From assembly GCA_963663405.2 (NCBI GenBank), contig CAXXSM010000118.1, positions 143,496-207,495 on the forward strand: a DNA stretch of 64,000 bases, written 5' to 3'. Numbering within the stretch: position 1 is the first letter of the stretch; each line of letters opens with the position of its first letter. A model generated the notes under the pieces. That model had not been told where the DNA came from. It ran no database searches and was given only the letters and a program-made list of their open reading frames with translations. The DNA comes from a bacterium. Its GTDB lineage: Bacteria > Hinthialibacterota > Hinthialibacteria > Hinthialibacterales > Hinthialibacteraceae. Shown here piece after piece: positions 9,678 through 19,839 of this stretch. Made by a program: the position numbers and the translations under genes.

Positions 9678-9709
9678 CGAACCCGCCGTATCTTCCTACG
9701 GCGGGTTCG
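9678..9709. terminator. Hairpin between convergent genes, probably a bidirectional terminator
   Basis: Perfect 13-bp stem CGAACCCGCCGTA-tcttcc-TACGGCGGGTTCG. Confidence 0.75.
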
Positions 9710-9766
9710 AATTCATTTGTTTTATATGTTTCCCTATCCAATCACAATACGGATAGAGTGCGATTC

Positions 9767-10699
9767 CTACTGCAATAGTTCCCAACTCGGCGCCGAGGAT
9801 GATTGCAATTTGGTTAACGTAAATGGACCCGTGTAGGAGAGGGGTTCACGATCAACAAGAGCTTGGGGCCGCATTCCTGCCGGTTCTTCCTCCTCGTTTT
9901 CATCTTGCCGCTCGATGGAAATGGTGAAAGTTCCGGTGATCTCGGTCCGATCTTCATTGATCTGTCCGCTTCCACTAACTGTAAACGTAAAGACTCCAAC
10001 GTTCTTGATCTCCGCCGTTGTGGAATAGGAGAATTCAAACTCACTGGGATCAACTATCGTAAAGAGACCCGCAACAGGGATATCGGCCAGACGGCCTTCC
10101 TCTCTCAGCATCCCAAGAATCGTTCCTTCGGCGCCCAATTCAATAACGCCTTCCCAATTAATAATAAGAGAATCGTCATTAATATCCAATTGCCATTCGC
10201 CTTCAAGCAGTTTTCCGCCTAACGCCGGTGTGGATCCCTCACGGGTCATGATGAAAGCGACTGGAGTGGCGCTGTACGTATCGACTGGACTGATGAGTTG
10301 AGTGTAGGCTTGCGATTCTTTCCAAATACCGATTAACAGATTGTTATCTTCAGTTCCCATTCCCGTCGCGACGATTTCGGACGCGACCGCCATCTGTTTG
10401 GATTCGGCGGCGACACCAGCGCCAGCGCCAATGTATAATAACTGACGGGTTTCGGTAAATTCCGCTTTTCCACGGTGAACGGTATTGAAATTATATTCCG
10501 TATCGCCAATGGAATGAACAATCGATTCTGTAAAACTCACATTCCCTTCCGCGTCAAACGTCAGAACGCTGAATTCCGATCCAGGCACTTTGGTTTGCAG
10601 CGTCCACGTTCCTTTCAAAGCGTCTTCCTGCGCATGAGCAAGACTCACGGCGAACAGCGAACAGACGAGACCAGCGTACAACCACTTTTTCATTCCCAT
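9767..10699 (-). CDS. Secreted beta-rich hypothetical protein with C-terminal SSSAPSWELLQ motif
   Basis: AGGAGG RBS before ATG 10699 (MGMKKWLY...AHA-QE signal peptide). Two halves each begin L-x-G-x-W-x-L. Confidence 0.75.
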   Translation of the reverse strand: MGMKKWLYAGLVCSLFAVSLAHAQEDALKGTWTLQTKVPGSEFSVLTFDAEGNVSFTESIVHSIGDTEYNFNTVHRGKAEFTETRQLLYIGAGAGVAAESKQMAVASEIVATGMGTEDNNLLIGIWKESQAYTQLISPVDTYSATPVAFIMTREGSTPALGGKLLEGEWQLDINDDSLIINWEGVIELGAEGTILGMLREEGRLADIPVAGLFTIVDPSEFEFSYSTTAEIKNVGVFTFTVSGSGQINEDRTEITGTFTISIERQDENEEEEPAGMRPQALVDREPLSYTGPFTLTKLQSSSAPSWELLQ

Positions 10700-10957
10700 G
10701 TTGTAATTCCTCCTGTGAAGCAAAAAAAGAATATAGCCCAACCACTTGACCACCTATACATGATGGACAAGATGAGCTCAAAAGACATAATAAATTATTG
10801 CATTAATACAATTATTGTCAATCATAATTAGGAAAATAAATTACATATAGTAAAATATAAATCTCATCCGCATCTCGCTTTATAAAAAATTAGATATTTA
10901 ATGTTTCGGATTTAATCTGTAGTTTGGACAGGGAACCTTGAAGAGAAGAAAAAATGA

Positions 10958-11027
10958 GGGAGAATCAAAGAAAGGGACGCAGGCTTGTTCGTCTCTTGGA
11001 AGAGTACTCTTCCAACATGATTCTCCC
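10958..11027. other. Nested inverted-repeat element (candidate structured RNA or operator)
   Basis: Outer stem GGGAGAATCA/TGATTCTCCC, inner stem GGGACG/CGTCTC, and a perfect 20-bp palindrome TTGGAAGAGTACTCTTCCAA (10996-11015), all inside an otherwise very AT-rich intergenic region. Confidence 0.5.
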
Positions 11028-11640
11028 CCCAGCGTGTTGAGTGTTTCATATCTAAAAATCAGATAACTTTTTTTTGTCCTTATCCTTTATTTCTAAATTC
11101 ATACACAATATATTTACTGAGATATATTTCAAAAATTTCTGTACAAAAAACATGATTCTGTAACATTCCATTTCAATCCAATGAATAGAAAATCGGGAAG
11201 AAATTCAATATAATAATGAAATGTATCCTGATTAACTTTACTATTTCAGGTAAATACTTTAAAAATGATTCTATTTCACATTAATTTAGGGTATAATTGA
11301 GAATAAAAGAAAAACAAAGAAAAATCTTGTCCACAATAATAGATAAAACAATTCAAATTACAATCTTTTAATTCTTTTTGGAAAATTATTTTCCATTACT
11401 TATATGAGTAAATATTCAAATCAAGATTTTGTCAAGAAAATTTTTCTATTTTTTTAAATTACCTAAATTAAAGGTTTTTATTTCTTTGTGATGGGGATAA
11501 GATAGATTGAATTTTGATAGATTCTTTTATGGAGAATTCGCATAATTGATTCGAGTGTTTAATCATGGAAGACAGGATTTGTTTTTAGATTTCGTTTTAT
11601 GTGTCTTCTCGGATAGACAACAACAAGGAGTCGAACGATC

Positions 11641-12834
11641 TTGAAATTGTTTGGCGAATTATTACGGAACTTCCGGCGGTCTCGAAATATGACCCAGCAG
11701 GAGATGGCCGATCGTCTTCATCTCTCTTCACCGTATATCGCTCAGATGGAGAGTGGATTTAAACCTCCTCCCCCCCAAGCGATCGTGGATAATATGGCCA
11801 CGATCATGCGTCTTGGAATCGACGAGAAAAAACAATTCACCCAGGCGGCGGAAACAGAACGCGAATTACAGAGTTTGGTGAAAGCCACTCGAAAAGTCGG
11901 GTACGTTTTGGCGGGGAACAAAGTCTGTGTGCCACAGAATTCCATCATTGAACGCGCGCAGAATGAAGTGGAGGAATTGGTCGAGTCTATCCCAAAAGAT
12001 GCGGATTTTTGTATCGATTTGGCGCCGTCGGACCGGAGAAAATGGCATCCAGGAAAGACATCCGTATCGATTTCGCGTCATGGTGAAATGCGATCGTGGA
12101 TGATTGCGGAGCTAGGAAACCAACCCGGGGTTCTATTAGTTTTTTTAGGGAATCTTTATGAAGTTCTTTTACTAACACCGGATGAAAGGCTTCTCTGCCG
12201 GCATCCATCCGAACGCCGGATGGCGATTACTGAAAATGGGGATGACATCAATGAGTTCTTCCAACGGGTAAACGGCGCGATAAAAAAAGCCATCTCTTTG
12301 GCCGAAGAGCAGAGACTGCCGGAAGTGATCGCGCCGCACGTGGCTTGGAGAGACATTGATGAAATGCTCGGCGCCAGCCAGGCAAGCGAGACCGGCCAAC
12401 AAACACACGAACTGCGGGCTGGCTCGGATTCGATCCGTAACATCCCTGTTCTCTACATTGTTGAAGCCGGATCGGAAGAATTGGAAGAACGGCCGGGATT
12501 GGGCAGCATCGGACTTCCGCACAATTGGTTCGATTCAACGAGAAAATATGAAGCCTGCAAGATCCAAACCGACGCGTATATATCAATCGGCGTTTGGCCA
12601 GGATGTAAAACGATCTATGAATTGAGCAATGACGCTGAAAATGAAGACCTCGTGATCGTGAAACTTGGCAACCGGATTTGCTTCCGTCGCTATTTTGATT
12701 TCGGCGATCAGATTCTCTTGCAAGGGGGGCCTTTGGCGAAACCGATCCGTGTATTGAAGGGAGAGTCGTCGATCCGTTTTGTGGGGGTTGTGCGAGAATT
12801 GGTATCCCGGTTTAGGGATATTCAGTATTCATAA
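11641..12834 (+). CDS. XRE-family HTH regulator with a long central insert and a degenerate S24 (LexA/CI-like) C-terminal domain
   Basis: FGELLRNFRRSRNMTQQEMADRLHLSSPYIAQMESG. C-terminus IPVLYIVEAG...DLVIVKL...FVGVV. AAGGAG RBS. Confidence 0.8.
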   Translation: MKLFGELLRNFRRSRNMTQQEMADRLHLSSPYIAQMESGFKPPPPQAIVDNMATIMRLGIDEKKQFTQAAETERELQSLVKATRKVGYVLAGNKVCVPQNSIIERAQNEVEELVESIPKDADFCIDLAPSDRRKWHPGKTSVSISRHGEMRSWMIAELGNQPGVLLVFLGNLYEVLLLTPDERLLCRHPSERRMAITENGDDINEFFQRVNGAIKKAISLAEEQRLPEVIAPHVAWRDIDEMLGASQASETGQQTHELRAGSDSIRNIPVLYIVEAGSEELEERPGLGSIGLPHNWFDSTRKYEACKIQTDAYISIGVWPGCKTIYELSNDAENEDLVIVKLGNRICFRRYFDFGDQILLQGGPLAKPIRVLKGESSIRFVGVVRELVSRFRDIQYS

Positions 12835-12896
12835 TTGTATTGTGGATCAAACCAAAAAGCCGCCGCGATCCATTCGGGCGTGAGAAGGGATTCGTC

Positions 12897-13598
12897 ATGG
12901 GAGAACCATCTGCCACTCAATGGGCGTCATGGGATGTATGGATTATTGTCATACAATTGACCTTGCTTGCGATCATGCTGATTGTAGGATTTTTCATCTG
13001 GCGGTACCGCCGGATCACACCGGCCCGTGGTAAGCGCGCAAGCGCCTCCAAGACAATTTTCCGTAAGCAGAATCAAAAATTACAGACACTCGTCGATAAT
13101 ACATATTCGAGTGATGACACAGCGCCAAAAATGATTCAATTGGAAGAAGGCGTTTATTCAACTGAAGAGGGATTACATGTCAGTTGGCCGGTTCAAATCC
13201 AAGGAAAGGGAGCGGCCGAAACGGAAATCATCTCCAAGAAAGATAAACCAGCCATCCGCTTGAACGGGGCTAAAAATTGTTCAATCCAGGATGTCAAAAT
13301 TGTTGGAGCGATTCAGTGTTCCAGCAGCGAATTACTGGTTGAAAACTGCCATATTGTCGCTAATGAAGAAGGGATCTGCATTGAGGCCTACGATCATTCC
13401 GAAGTTACCTTCAGCGGAGTGATCAGTGGGAATGGAGGAATCGCAATTCGCGCAAATGGAGAATCGAAAGTCTATCTAAGGCCTCCCTATCAGGTCTCCG
13501 AAGATGAATACGTTATCGCCGATCCTAAAAGTCACATCACAATAGAAATTGATCCAGATGAAGAGGATGAACCATCGGGATCAACGGAAACCGACTAA
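12897..13598 (+). CDS. Membrane-anchored protein with a right-handed beta-helix-like domain
   Basis: N-terminal TM followed by a basic RYRR segment. Contains EEGVY, IQGKGAAETEI and repeated short beta strands (SIQDVKI, LVENCHI). Confidence 0.65.
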   Translation: MGEPSATQWASWDVWIIVIQLTLLAIMLIVGFFIWRYRRITPARGKRASASKTIFRKQNQKLQTLVDNTYSSDDTAPKMIQLEEGVYSTEEGLHVSWPVQIQGKGAAETEIISKKDKPAIRLNGAKNCSIQDVKIVGAIQCSSSELLVENCHIVANEEGICIEAYDHSEVTFSGVISGNGGIAIRANGESKVYLRPPYQVSEDEYVIADPKSHITIEIDPDEEDEPSGSTETD

Positions 13599-13982
13599 CT
13601 TTTTCCTCCGCAATATTCTTTGTCCTACAAAATTAATCCAGCCAAATCATCATCCACCAAAAAATCTCTTGCTCAATTCGAATTGTACAAATAAACGTTT
13701 TTCAGTTCTTTTCGTTAATCATTAATGCAGTCATTCGCTCATTGGAATTTTTATTCCTTTACACTTAATACAACCGGAAAAATGACAGAAAAAAAGGGAT
13801 ATAGAATAACCTGATTTATAACAATTTACTTTCACAACGGTAGTATATGATGTAATAAATTCCGTAACCGCCGTCACAATGAATTTATCGGAATGATGAA
13901 ACTTTTAGAAGAAGAACCAACTGCCTTGGAACATTATAATGAAATCCACATTGCGTGATGGATTGATGATTGGAATTCAATA

Positions 13983-16709
13983 ATGAGAAGAACCGCTCTA
14001 GTATTCATCTTTTTACTTATTATTGTCTTCTTGCTTGTACTTGTTATTAATCAATCAGAAAATCGCGATCCAAAGCAATCTGATGTGAAAATTACTTATG
14101 GTCCTCCGCCTTCTCAAGATAAGATTATTCAATTCACAATTGAAGCCGATGAAACCGGGCAATCTGCGCCTACAGTTAAATCAGAGAATCGAGTTACCGA
14201 TTCGACTCCGGTTGAAACAACGTATCATCAAGCAGAAAGATGTTTGCTGATTCAAGATGCCATAGGTCAAGGGATTCAACATGGGAAGATTTCTTTGGCC
14301 ACGGAGGCGTATGATTTTTGGGAAGGGCGTTTTGGCCTTCCGGTTTTGTTAGGGGGAGAAATACTCGTCACGGTTAAAGCGGAAGGTTATTTTTCCACTA
14401 GTTATCCAATCAATTTCGATCAACAATCATTCGAACCTATCATTCTTGAATACAAATCTGCTTTTACGATTCTTGTTTTGAATCATAACGGATTACCATG
14501 CGGCAATGCGGCCGTTCGTTTGATGAAGGTTTCATCTCCCATTCGACCAACCATAGTAGAATCATCTATCGCCACTAGCCGCGGATATTTGCCTTCAATT
14601 AATGTTGTGAATCGAAAAGAAGGTGATTGTGTTGTTGCCAGCGCCAACCGTTTAATCCATAAAAATAATACGGTCATTCTTCCTTATGGACAAACCAAGC
14701 CGAAATTAGGGGATCAACTCATCTCCGTTGGTAATTGTTCATGGAATTCTTCCATATCCCCCTTCTACTTCACTCAGAAAATTGCTTGGTTTAACTATGT
14801 TTATTTTCCAATTATTACAGAAAAATCTTCCATGCTCCGGATGTGGGATACATTAACTTACTCAAAGGCAAGCGCAGAAGGATATTGTTGTACGGCAAAA
14901 GAATATTGCGAAATTAGAAGGAATGGAGAACGCGGTTTTTATTTTCTTTCCTTTCCTGACTGTATGCCAAATCCATCCATCGTGAAAGAGGCAAAAACGA
15001 ATGTGAAAGGTGAATGCCAATTTATCGATCTATATCCTGCCTTATATTATGTCCAAGCATTTAACGGAAATAGTCACAGTGATTTGGTACCGCTGCATCC
15101 TTCCTGTTCGGGTACGCAATTGACACTTGTCGATTCGAGCGAGGTTTTTGTGCGAGTAAAAAGGAGTGGAATCAAATCAAATAATCAAGCGTATCATGTT
15201 GTAGAAGATATTCCTGTAATTCTAAAATCGTTAGAAGGGAAAGGCATTTTCTCAACCAATACAGATTTTGATGGATTCTCCTGTTTTCAAAACGTACCTT
15301 TTGGAGATTATGAACTCGTTGTAAGTACACCGAATGAGATTGTTAATGAAAAAGTCATAATTGATACGCTGGAAGAAAAATTTACCATCCAATTAAAAAG
15401 CTGGGAACGATACACCGTTTCGGGTACAGTAATTGATAAAGAAACGAATCTCCCTGTCACTGGATTTGAATTATCTCTTTGTTATGAAGCGCGTTTTGAG
15501 ATGAAAGGTGAGCATTCTACCACAATCTCCGATTCTGTGGGGAGATTTATGTTCGAGGATGTAATACCCGGTACTTATTCAATAGGTGGTAAAATACCTG
15601 CGAATACTGACAAAATGTCCTCTCTTGAAACAATACAATACTTATCTAAATTTGAAAGTTCTATGTTAGAAAGTTTTTTAATGGCTTCTGATACCTATGG
15701 ATCAAGAAAACAAATCGCTGTTAGTAACGATAATATTGAGAATTTAGTTATTCCTGTAGAGAAAGTGATACAAACTCATTTGGCTGGGAAAGTAATCTAT
15801 AAAAATGGAATTCCCGCAGAGGAAATACCCATAACAATAACCGCAAAGTATCCAACACGGATGCAAGCATCTTCTTTTCTAGCAACTGTACCTAATGAAC
15901 CTAAGACTGACACTAAAGGCCATTTCGAATTCACAATCATTAGTGATACATTTCAGACTGACAAACCGATAGAATTACGACTTACCGCAACAAAAGGACA
16001 AATAATTCCAAGTTATTGGGAACAAAAGGAGGATGATTCCTATGAATTTATTGAGTCAAAGACCATCCCCTATTTTTTGGGTAGCACGAATGTTAGTGGA
16101 TTTCCCGGCGATACATTTGACGATATTGTCATTGTTTTATCTGCAGTAGAGAATAAAATAATAGGCGGTAAATTACTTTCTGAAGAAAATGACTACTCAC
16201 AACTAACAATATACGCTTATCAAAATAATCAAAATCTGCCTATACAAATCAATTCGATGGGAGAATTCAATATCCATAATGTTGAATCAGGAATAGTCAA
16301 TATTTTGCTTCACCCACGCTATTATACATTTATTGATACTTCATTTGGAAAACAGAGGTCTATAAAATACATATTACAAAATATTCTTATTAATGTGCCG
16401 GAAAACGAACAATATGTGAATGCTGATATTTCACTGTCACCCGCAGGCTATTTTTGGGGAGTCGTCTTAAATGCACAAGCGCAGCCAGTTCCTGGAGTAT
16501 TAGTAATATTAAGACGATATTCAGACAACAAGAGAATCTATAGTGATTTCACTAGCGAAGATGGATTTTACTTTATTAACGAGCATAATGTAAACATGGA
16601 TGATGTTTATTATCTTTCCTGTTATTACACAAATAACTTTGACAATCCCGTTTGCCGTTCTTCACCAATGAAGCCAAATCAAGAAAATATTCAACTTGTT
16701 ATCCATTAA
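13983..16709 (+). CDS. Membrane-anchored protein with carboxypeptidase-regulatory-like (transthyretin-like) repeats
   Basis: N-terminal TM. Repeats of the type VSGTVIDKETNLPV...SDSVGRFMFEDVIPGTYSI and TDFDGFSCFQNVPFGDYEL. AT-rich. Confidence 0.8.
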   Translation: MRRTALVFIFLLIIVFLLVLVINQSENRDPKQSDVKITYGPPPSQDKIIQFTIEADETGQSAPTVKSENRVTDSTPVETTYHQAERCLLIQDAIGQGIQHGKISLATEAYDFWEGRFGLPVLLGGEILVTVKAEGYFSTSYPINFDQQSFEPIILEYKSAFTILVLNHNGLPCGNAAVRLMKVSSPIRPTIVESSIATSRGYLPSINVVNRKEGDCVVASANRLIHKNNTVILPYGQTKPKLGDQLISVGNCSWNSSISPFYFTQKIAWFNYVYFPIITEKSSMLRMWDTLTYSKASAEGYCCTAKEYCEIRRNGERGFYFLSFPDCMPNPSIVKEAKTNVKGECQFIDLYPALYYVQAFNGNSHSDLVPLHPSCSGTQLTLVDSSEVFVRVKRSGIKSNNQAYHVVEDIPVILKSLEGKGIFSTNTDFDGFSCFQNVPFGDYELVVSTPNEIVNEKVIIDTLEEKFTIQLKSWERYTVSGTVIDKETNLPVTGFELSLCYEARFEMKGEHSTTISDSVGRFMFEDVIPGTYSIGGKIPANTDKMSSLETIQYLSKFESSMLESFLMASDTYGSRKQIAVSNDNIENLVIPVEKVIQTHLAGKVIYKNGIPAEEIPITITAKYPTRMQASSFLATVPNEPKTDTKGHFEFTIISDTFQTDKPIELRLTATKGQIIPSYWEQKEDDSYEFIESKTIPYFLGSTNVSGFPGDTFDDIVIVLSAVENKIIGGKLLSEENDYSQLTIYAYQNNQNLPIQINSMGEFNIHNVESGIVNILLHPRYYTFIDTSFGKQRSIKYILQNILINVPENEQYVNADISLSPAGYFWGVVLNAQAQPVPGVLVILRRYSDNKRIYSDFTSEDGFYFINEHNVNMDDVYYLSCYYTNNFDNPVCRSSPMKPNQENIQLVIH

Positions 16710-16903
16710 ATGGAATGTATTGAAAAATACTTGTTTTTTTATATTATATTTGACACACAGGGAAATATCATGCAATATTTAAACAATAGAATATTATCAA
16801 TCATGCTTTTTGTGTTTTGCCGTTTTCAAAGGACTCTGTTTACATAAATTTCACAAGAAGAAATTTAGAGAAAAATTAAATCAACATTTAATGAAGAGAT
16901 AAT

Positions 16904-19603
16904 ATGATGAGCAAGGTATCTTCCACGAAATTACTGTTCACCTTTTCGATTATTCTATTTATCATCACTCTAATATTTCTCGGACTTATTTCCAATCATT
17001 TTTTTCATCCAAAACGAATCTCATCAGATCATCCAGTACTGGTCACTCCGGAGCCATACGAAGAAGATAATAATCAAGGAAATCCAACGGCGGAGGAATG
17101 TTCTCTCGTTCGTGTAAGGGGGACTGTAGTCGATGAAAATGACGCTGGATTCAACAATGTATCAATACAAGCCGAATCAGAATTGACCAATACCATAACA
17201 TATAGTCTTTCTACGGATACGTATGGAAGATTTTTATTAAAAATGGAACCAGGATCGTATCTGTTTACGATATCTTCGGAGGATGCGATTGTTTCTTCAT
17301 CACGAACGGTTCAGATTGTTTCTTCAGTCAGCCTGCATTTTTCACTTCCCCGGAAAAATCGTATTACTGGGCGGATTGTAAATGAAAGTGGGGAACCAAT
17401 AGAAGGCGCTCAGCTTTCGATATCGGCTATCCGAAATCCAAACCGGTTGAAGGTTGAAGCGGCGGCGGCTTCTGTGAGTAATTGCACGTATTCAACTCAG
17501 AGCGGGCCATCCGGTCAGTTCGATTTCTTTCCTATTTGGCCAGGTCAATACGCGTTGACAGCGCAAGCGCCGGGCTTCCTTCCGTACGAAGAATTCGATG
17601 TGAGAACCGGGAATGAGAAACAGATTATCGTTTTAAAAACCAAAACGGATTTGCAGATCACTGTGGTAGATAATAAGGAGGAGCCTATCTTTCTTGCTGT
17701 TGTGACTTTGAAGGCAATCTCCTCAACGGGTGTCTTTATTGATGAACAAGAAACGGCGCAAAACGGGGAATGCTCTTTCAAGAATCTCTTGCCAGGCACA
17801 TATTCTCTCCATGCGAGTCATCATAAATATGTTTCGACGCCTCGAAGCCAAATGGAAGTTACTTTAGGCAGCCGGAATCATTACCGTTTGTATTTACAGC
17901 GGTCCGGTCATACTGTTTCCGGTGTAGTCTTGGAAGAAGAGAGTCGAAAACCAGTTCCGAATTTTTATATGCAACTCAAACCGGAGAGTTGGAGTATGGT
18001 TGGGGCACCTGCGATCGCTTCCGCTTCCAGTAATCAACAAGGTGAATTTGAATTGCTTCTCATTCCTGAAGGCCGTTACTGACTGGTTGAAAAAGGGGAC
18101 GCTAATTATAAACACTCTCATTCGTCTTTCTGGATATCGGACGAAACCTATATTCCAACGATTACAGTGACAGACACGGATGTGAAGGACATTATCTTTT
18201 GGGTGGCACCCAAAGCCCCTATATCAGGCCATGTGCTTTCACAGGAACGTCAGCCGATTTCAAGAGCGTTTGTCGCCTTGGATTTAGGAGGATTATGGAG
18301 AACGATTCATTCCTCGCCAGAAGGTTATTATCAGATGAATACTCTTCCTTTGCTGCCAAAAAACGAAAAGCGGATAGCCCAACTTTCGGCGTATCATAAA
18401 CAATACGGATTCGGTAAAACCCATCCTTTTACGTATACGTCAGGAGAGCGATTGACGAATGTTGATATCACTTTAACGAAAGGTTTCCTATTGTCCGGAA
18501 GAGTGACACAACCAGATAACGCGCCAATCGAAGGCGTGGTTGTTCAGTTCTTGGATAGTAAAGAAGGAACGGGTCTTTCGTGGCAGGCTCTCACGGATAG
18601 CGATGGAGAATACTGTTTTGAAGAAGCGTTACCCAATTGGGAAGGCGCCTTGATCGCAAAAGCTCTCGGTTATGATCCAAAGAAAAAAAATCTATCGATT
18701 TCCGCGGGGAAAAATGAAGAACGAATTGATTTTGTTTTGATCCCGAATGGCAAAGAAGCGGTGATCACAGGGATTGTTGTAGACCGGAATGGACGCCCGC
18801 TAGAAAGAGTACGTTTGTTGATTCAAGAATCCGGTTCGAACCAGGGAATGCGGTATACCGAACAAATCACGTCAAGTGATGGGCACTTTGAAATTACAGA
18901 TCTCTATCCAAACGGAGCGTACAATATCAGCGCGGCCATGCTCACGTATTCATTTTTAGAAACAACTGTTTTTGGGATTCCAGCCAACAGTGAAAATATT
19001 GTCATTACTCTTTGGTTTGAGCCAGTAAAGGTTTCTATAAGCCTGGATGACTCAGCGCTATCAGAAGAGGTAAAAAACGGTATTTTATTTGTTTATCCTG
19101 AAACATCAGAATTTATTCAGCAAGATACGTATCCGATATCAAGTCAACAATCTGCGGTAGTTTTACTCAAGGAGCCGGGGCAATTCAATTTCGAAGTGAA
19201 AAATCCTCTCTTCCGGGGATTCGAATCTATGATAATAACGGAAGAGAGCCTAAAGCAAATCAATCTCACAATCCATCTTAAACCAGCGGATTCATTCATT
19301 GTTTATTTTTTTGCTAAATATCACAACGGTCAGCTTTACGATCAACCATATCGCGCTCGTTTGCGTTTACAAACACAAGAAGGCCAACAACCATATGAAA
19401 ATGCCCGGCACGTTCAACCCTTGGATAATAATGATCCAGAACTGATGGGAGTGGCGGATTTTCTCGTTTATGAGGAAGGCGTCTATGAATTGACCGTCTG
19501 GGATCAATGGAACAATACAATCGAAAGAACAATATTATCACTCGATCCTTTAATGGGAAAAGATCATGGATTTGTACGATTCCCTGATGTTGTTTTTCCA
19601 TAG
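16904..19603 (+). pseudogene. Carboxypeptidase-regulatory-like repeat protein interrupted by an in-frame TGA at 18080-18082 (ORFs 16904..18082 and 18167..19603 are one frame)
   Basis: Reads ...IPEGRY*LVEKGDANYKHSHSSFWISDETYIPTITVTDTDVKD... with no other stop. Both halves carry GRVTxxxxxPIEG...TDSDGEY repeats. Confidence 0.8.
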
Positions 19604-19839
19604 TTAAATAGCAAAATCAACACAGAACTTACCCCCTGATGTATCCAATTGCCTTGCAAGGATTAAATCGCCATTTTCATGAAATAAATCGAATAACTTT
19701 ATCTCTCCAATCCATTTCATTCCAAAGCGCAATATCCACGTGTGGTTGGATAATCTTTCCAAGTCTATCAATCGTTACTAGAATACAGTTGATGTCAGAG
19801 AACATAATACCGCTTTACACGTGGAGGAGATTGCTATAG

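Noticed and set aside
10968-10990. c-di-GMP-I riboswitch (GAAAGGGACGCA resemblance)
   Set aside because: Lacks the GGCAAAC P2 arm, the GCAAAGC continuation and the CUAA receptor motif.
11641-12834. Prophage repressor marking a prophage
   Set aside because: No integrase, divergent cro, or structural or replication phage genes nearby.
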